From an uncultured Janthinobacterium sp. (GTDB lineage Bacteria; Vulcanimicrobiota; Vulcanimicrobiia; Vulcanimicrobiales; Vulcanimicrobiaceae): a stretch of DNA of 10,103 nt. The notes beneath the pieces were generated by a model that was given only the letters and a program-made list of their open reading frames with translations, made no database searches and had not been told where the DNA came from. The stretch is from positions 1-10,103 of the forward strand of contig CAZZXB010000075.1 in NCBI GenBank assembly GCA_964658025.1, read 5' to 3'. The first letter of the stretch is position 1, and each line of letters opens with the position of its first letter. The position numbers and the translations under genes are program-made. Positions 7,409 to 10,103 of this stretch are shown in pieces.

Positions 7409-8257
7409 CTAACTAGCTCGACGGCTCAAGGCCTCCATGCGCGACTCCACCTGATCGACGAGCCAGCCCGGCGTCGATGCGCCCGACATGAGTCCCGCCA
7501 CGCCGACGCCGTCGAACCACGACGAGTCGAGCTCTTCGGGGCCCTCGATGTGGTACGACCGCGCGCCGCGCATCGCCGCGAGATCGGCGAGATGCTTCGT
7601 GTTCGCGGAGGTCTTGCCGCCGACCACGACCATCACTTCGACTTCTTTCGCGAGCGTCTCGGCTTCGGACTGACGGTTGTGCGTGTCCGTGCAGATCGTG
7701 TTGACCGCGCGCACTTCGTAATACTTCGAGCTGAGCTTCCGGACGATCTCGGTGAAACCGTGGCCCGACCACGTCGACTGCACGACGACGCCGACCTTGC
7801 TCGCGCGCGGGAGCGCGTCGACGTCTTCGACCGTCTGGATCGACCAGGCACCCGGGACGTGCGAGAGCGTCCCCTTCACTTCGGGATGGAGCGGATCGCC
7901 GACGACGACGATCTTGTAGCCGTCCGCGCGGAGCCTCTCCGCTTGGACGTGGATCTTCGTCACCATCGGGCACGTGGCGTCGACGATCGTGAGGCCCTTC
8001 TTCTCGGCCTTCTCGAAGACTTCGACCGGAAGACCGTGGGCCCGAACGAAGAGCGCGCCCGACTCGACGTCGTCGACGGAATGGGCGTTGCGCAAGCCCT
8101 TGTCCTCGAACGACTGCACCATCTGCGGATTGTGCACGATGTGTCCGAGCGTCGTGACGTTGCCGTCGCCGCGGGCGGCGACCGTCTCTTCGGCCTTCTT
8201 GAGCGTGATGGCGACACCGAAGCAGAAGCCTTGAGTTTTCGCCTTCTTGATCTTCAC
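7409..8257 (-). CDS. ispH: 4-hydroxy-3-methylbut-2-enyl diphosphate reductase (LytB)
   Basis: Start reassigned to GTG 8257 (GTGA overlap with the plsC stop; GGGAGA upstream), giving 282 aa. Three Fe-S Cys in GFCFGV, DATCPMV and NTICTDT, plus IVHN, RAHG, HPEV and GGKTSANT. Confidence 0.97.
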   Translation of the reverse strand: MKIKKAKTQGFCFGVAITLKKAEETVAARGDGNVTTLGHIVHNPQMVQSFEDKGLRNAHSVDDVESGALFVRAHGLPVEVFEKAEKKGLTIVDATCPMVTKIHVQAERLRADGYKIVVVGDPLHPEVKGTLSHVPGAWSIQTVEDVDALPRASKVGVVVQSTWSGHGFTEIVRKLSSKYYEVRAVNTICTDTHNRQSEAETLAKEVEVMVVVGGKTSANTKHLADLAAMRGARSYHIEGPEELDSSWFDGVGVAGLMSGASTPGWLVDQVESRMEALSRRAS

Positions 8258-8844
8258 GTAATTTTCTCCCGGAGGCCGTAAATGCGGGCCATGAGCTCTT
8301 CGGTCCACTTCGCCAAGGCCTCGCGCCTCGCTTTCTGACCCGGCTCGAACCGTAAGGGTTCTCCGAATACGACCGTGATTCTGCGCAGGCGGCGGGCATC
8401 TCGCGAGCCGTGGATGTACGCCGGGACGACCGTCGCCGCCGAGAGCGAGGCGAGGAGCGCGACGCCCATCTGCGCCTTCACGTCGCCCGTGAGGTTGCGC
8501 GTCCCCTCGGGGAAGATCCCGAGCGCCGCCCCCTCGCCGAGGACGGCCGCGGCCGATTTGATCGCCGCGACGTCGCCGCGCGAGCGGTCGACCGGAAAGG
8601 CGCCGAGCCCGGTGATGAGCGGGCCGAGCACGGGGATCGCGAAGAGTTCGTGCTTCGCCATGTACGAGATCTGACGCGGGGCGGCGACGCCGAGCGCCGG
8701 CGGATCGAGATACGAGACGTGATTGCAGGCCACGATGAGCGGACCCGTCGTCGGAACGAGATGGGCGTCGACGACGCGGAAGCGCCAGATCGTCCGCAAG
8801 AAAAGCCACGAACCGAAGCGGCAGACGGCGTAGAGCGGGGTCAC
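8254..8844 (-). CDS. plsC: 1-acyl-sn-glycerol-3-phosphate acyltransferase
   Basis: 196 aa; NHVSYLD (HxxxxD), FPVDR and FPEGTR blocks. Sits in the known cmk-plsC-ispH context; GTGA overlap with the cmk stop. Confidence 0.93.
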   Translation of the reverse strand: MTPLYAVCRFGSWLFLRTIWRFRVVDAHLVPTTGPLIVACNHVSYLDPPALGVAAPRQISYMAKHELFAIPVLGPLITGLGAFPVDRSRGDVAAIKSAAAVLGEGAALGIFPEGTRNLTGDVKAQMGVALLASLSAATVVPAYIHGSRDARRLRRITVVFGEPLRFEPGQKARREALAKWTEELMARIYGLREKIT

Positions 8845-9527
8845 GCGCGCGGCCCCGCGCGGACGAGCGCGACGATCCGGTCGACGACCTCGTCGACGCT
8901 CGCGCCCGTGGAGTCGATCTCGACGGCGCCCGCGGCGGCCCGGAGCGGCGCGACGGCGCGCGAGCGATCGATCCGGTCGCGTTCCTCAATCTCGGTCTTG
9001 AGGTCGGCCCGGTCGACCGCGGCGCCACGCTCGGCGAGTTCGAGCAGGCGACGCGCGACGCGCTCGTCGACGCTCGCGGTCAGGAAGATCTTGTGCGGCG
9101 CGTCCGGGAGCACGACCGTTCCGATGTCGCGCCCGGCCATGACGACGGGACCGTCGCGCGCGATCTCGCGCTGACGTTCGAGGAGCGCGGCGCGGACCGC
9201 CGGATGCGCCGCGACGATCGACACCATTCGCGAGACGTCGTTTCCGTAGAGCTCGTCGCCGAGCCGTTCGTCGCCCGCGAAGATCGCGAAGCCGCGTTCG
9301 CTGTCGGCGTCGACCGCGGCACGGATCGGCGCCCGACCGATCGCGGCGAGCACCGCGCCTTCGTCGCCCGCGTCGGTCCGCGCGCGGAGCGTCGCGAGCG
9401 CGACCGCGCGGTAGAGCGCGCCCGTATCGAGATACAGGACGCCGAGACGACGCGCGAGTGCCCGTGCCACCGTGGTCTTCCCGCTCCCGGCGGGACCGTC
9501 GATCGCGACGTGCGCGTACCCGCCCAT
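8841..9527 (-). CDS. cmk: Cytidylate kinase
   Basis: 228 aa; IDGPAGSGKTT P-loop, YLDTGALYRA, GRDIGTVVLPDA, KIFLTAS, RDRIDRSRAVAPL, IDST. Confidence 0.97.
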   Translation of the reverse strand: MGGYAHVAIDGPAGSGKTTVARALARRLGVLYLDTGALYRAVALATLRARTDAGDEGAVLAAIGRAPIRAAVDADSERGFAIFAGDERLGDELYGNDVSRMVSIVAAHPAVRAALLERQREIARDGPVVMAGRDIGTVVLPDAPHKIFLTASVDERVARRLLELAERGAAVDRADLKTEIEERDRIDRSRAVAPLRAAAGAVEIDSTGASVDEVVDRIVALVRAGPRA

Positions 9528-9657
9528 TCCGGAGGCCGACCGTTCGCGCTCTACCGGACGGGGCCTGGTCCGAAGGCGAGGCCCGCTCCGAGGACGTACG
9601 GCGCCTCATGGGAGCGTTCGATCTTCGTTTCAGGCGCGTCGCGCTCGGTCGCGCGGG
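9528..9657. promoter_or_regulatory. Divergent intergenic region (130 bp) expected to hold promoters for the cmk operon and the methyltransferase gene
   Basis: Inferred from position: the only sizeable non-coding gap, between head-to-head starts at 9527 (-) and 9658 (+). No convincing -10/-35 hexamers found. Contains an imperfect inverted repeat at 9555-9590. Confidence 0.5.
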
Positions 9658-10103
9658 ATGCTGAAGTCGTTTCGCGATACGGGTCATTCCGACGTGCGGG
9701 TGTTCCCGCCGTTTCTCTTCGCGGGCGCGCTCGCGGCCGGGATCGTCGCCGGCCGGGGTGAGAAATCGGATTCGTTCGGCGCGCGCGTCGCGGGCGGCGT
9801 CGGAACCGCGTCGATCGTCGCGGGCGCGGCGATCTTCGCGACGGCGGTCGTGCAATTCAAACGCCTCGGAACCAATCTCGACGTCCGCGAAGAGACGACC
9901 GCGCTCGCGACCGACGGCATCTTCGCGCTCACGCGCAATCCCGTCTACGTCGGCCTCACGTCGGTCTACGTCGGCATCGCGCTACGCGCGCGCTCGATCC
10001 CCGCGCTCGTGCTCCTCCCGATCGTGCTCGCGAAGGTCGACTCGCTCGTCGTCGACCGCGAGGAGCGCTACCTCGAACGCAAATTCGGAAAGCGCTACCG
10101 CAC
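9658..10103 (+). CDS. Isoprenylcysteine carboxyl methyltransferase (ICMT/Ste14/PEMT) family membrane methyltransferase, 3' end beyond the window
   Basis: Not in the ORF track; translated by hand from ATG 9658 as MLKSFRDTGHSDVRVFPPFLFAGALAAG...FKRLGTNLDVREETTALATDGIFALTRNPVYVG...DREERYLERKFGKRYR. L.T.G.F..TRNP.Y.G and EE.YL..KFG..Y are family motifs. Confidence 0.9.
   Translation, partial: MLKSFRDTGHSDVRVFPPFLFAGALAAGIVAGRGEKSDSFGARVAGGVGTASIVAGAAIFATAVVQFKRLGTNLDVREETTALATDGIFALTRNPVYVGLTSVYVGIALRARSIPALVLLPIVLAKVDSLVVDREERYLERKFGKRYR

Noticed and set aside
7409..7430. Programmed frameshift fusing IspH to the prenyl synthase
   Set aside because: No slippery sequence is visible in the overlap and ispH ends at a normal length.
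7409..9028. Apparent 539-aa N-terminally extended or fused IspH
   Set aside because: The extension is an off-frame reading of plsC and cmk. IspH motifs begin at GTG 8257, which has an RBS and a GTGA overlap.
9125..9145. cmk reads MAGRDIG instead of the usual (D/E)GRDIG
   Set aside because: It is a single substitution next to an intact GRD, and all other motifs are intact. This is not enough to claim altered function.
9528..9657. tRNA, riboswitch (e.g. TPP, given thiL) or intrinsic terminator in the intergenic gap
   Set aside because: No cloverleaf, no TPP-riboswitch CUGAGA core, and no U-tract after the hairpin.
1..10103. Taxonomic assignment (style suggests Eremiobacterota/Vulcanimicrobiota or another GC-rich Terrabacteria lineage) and horizontal acquisition of the GT-C gene
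   Set aside because: Taxonomy cannot be established without a search. Composition looks uniform, with no integrase, IS element, direct repeats or tRNA to suggest an island.

Overview
A GC-rich bacterial chromosomal window with heavy CpG use; the many + strand ORFs in the track are antisense shadows. Nearly all of it is one tightly packed minus-strand run of 9 genes. In reading order these are cmk, plsC, ispH, a type-I (IdsA-like) short-chain prenyl diphosphate synthase, a ~1,080-aa membrane protein with two GT-C glycosyltransferase modules (ALG6/ALG8-like plus PMT/GT39), yebC, a kinase-less TM-3xPASTA-Ig-like protein, rpe, and thiL (runs off the left edge). An ICMT/PEMT-family methyltransferase gene diverges on the + strand and runs off the right edge. 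Most genes are housekeeping. The most notable items are the double GT-C fusion and its insertion, the PrkC-like ectodomain with no kinase upstream of rpe, and two genes whose N-termini lack a canonical start codon (thiL probably starts at CTG). I saw no RNA genes, mobile elements or CRISPR arrays. All calls come from motif recognition by eye; no searches were run.
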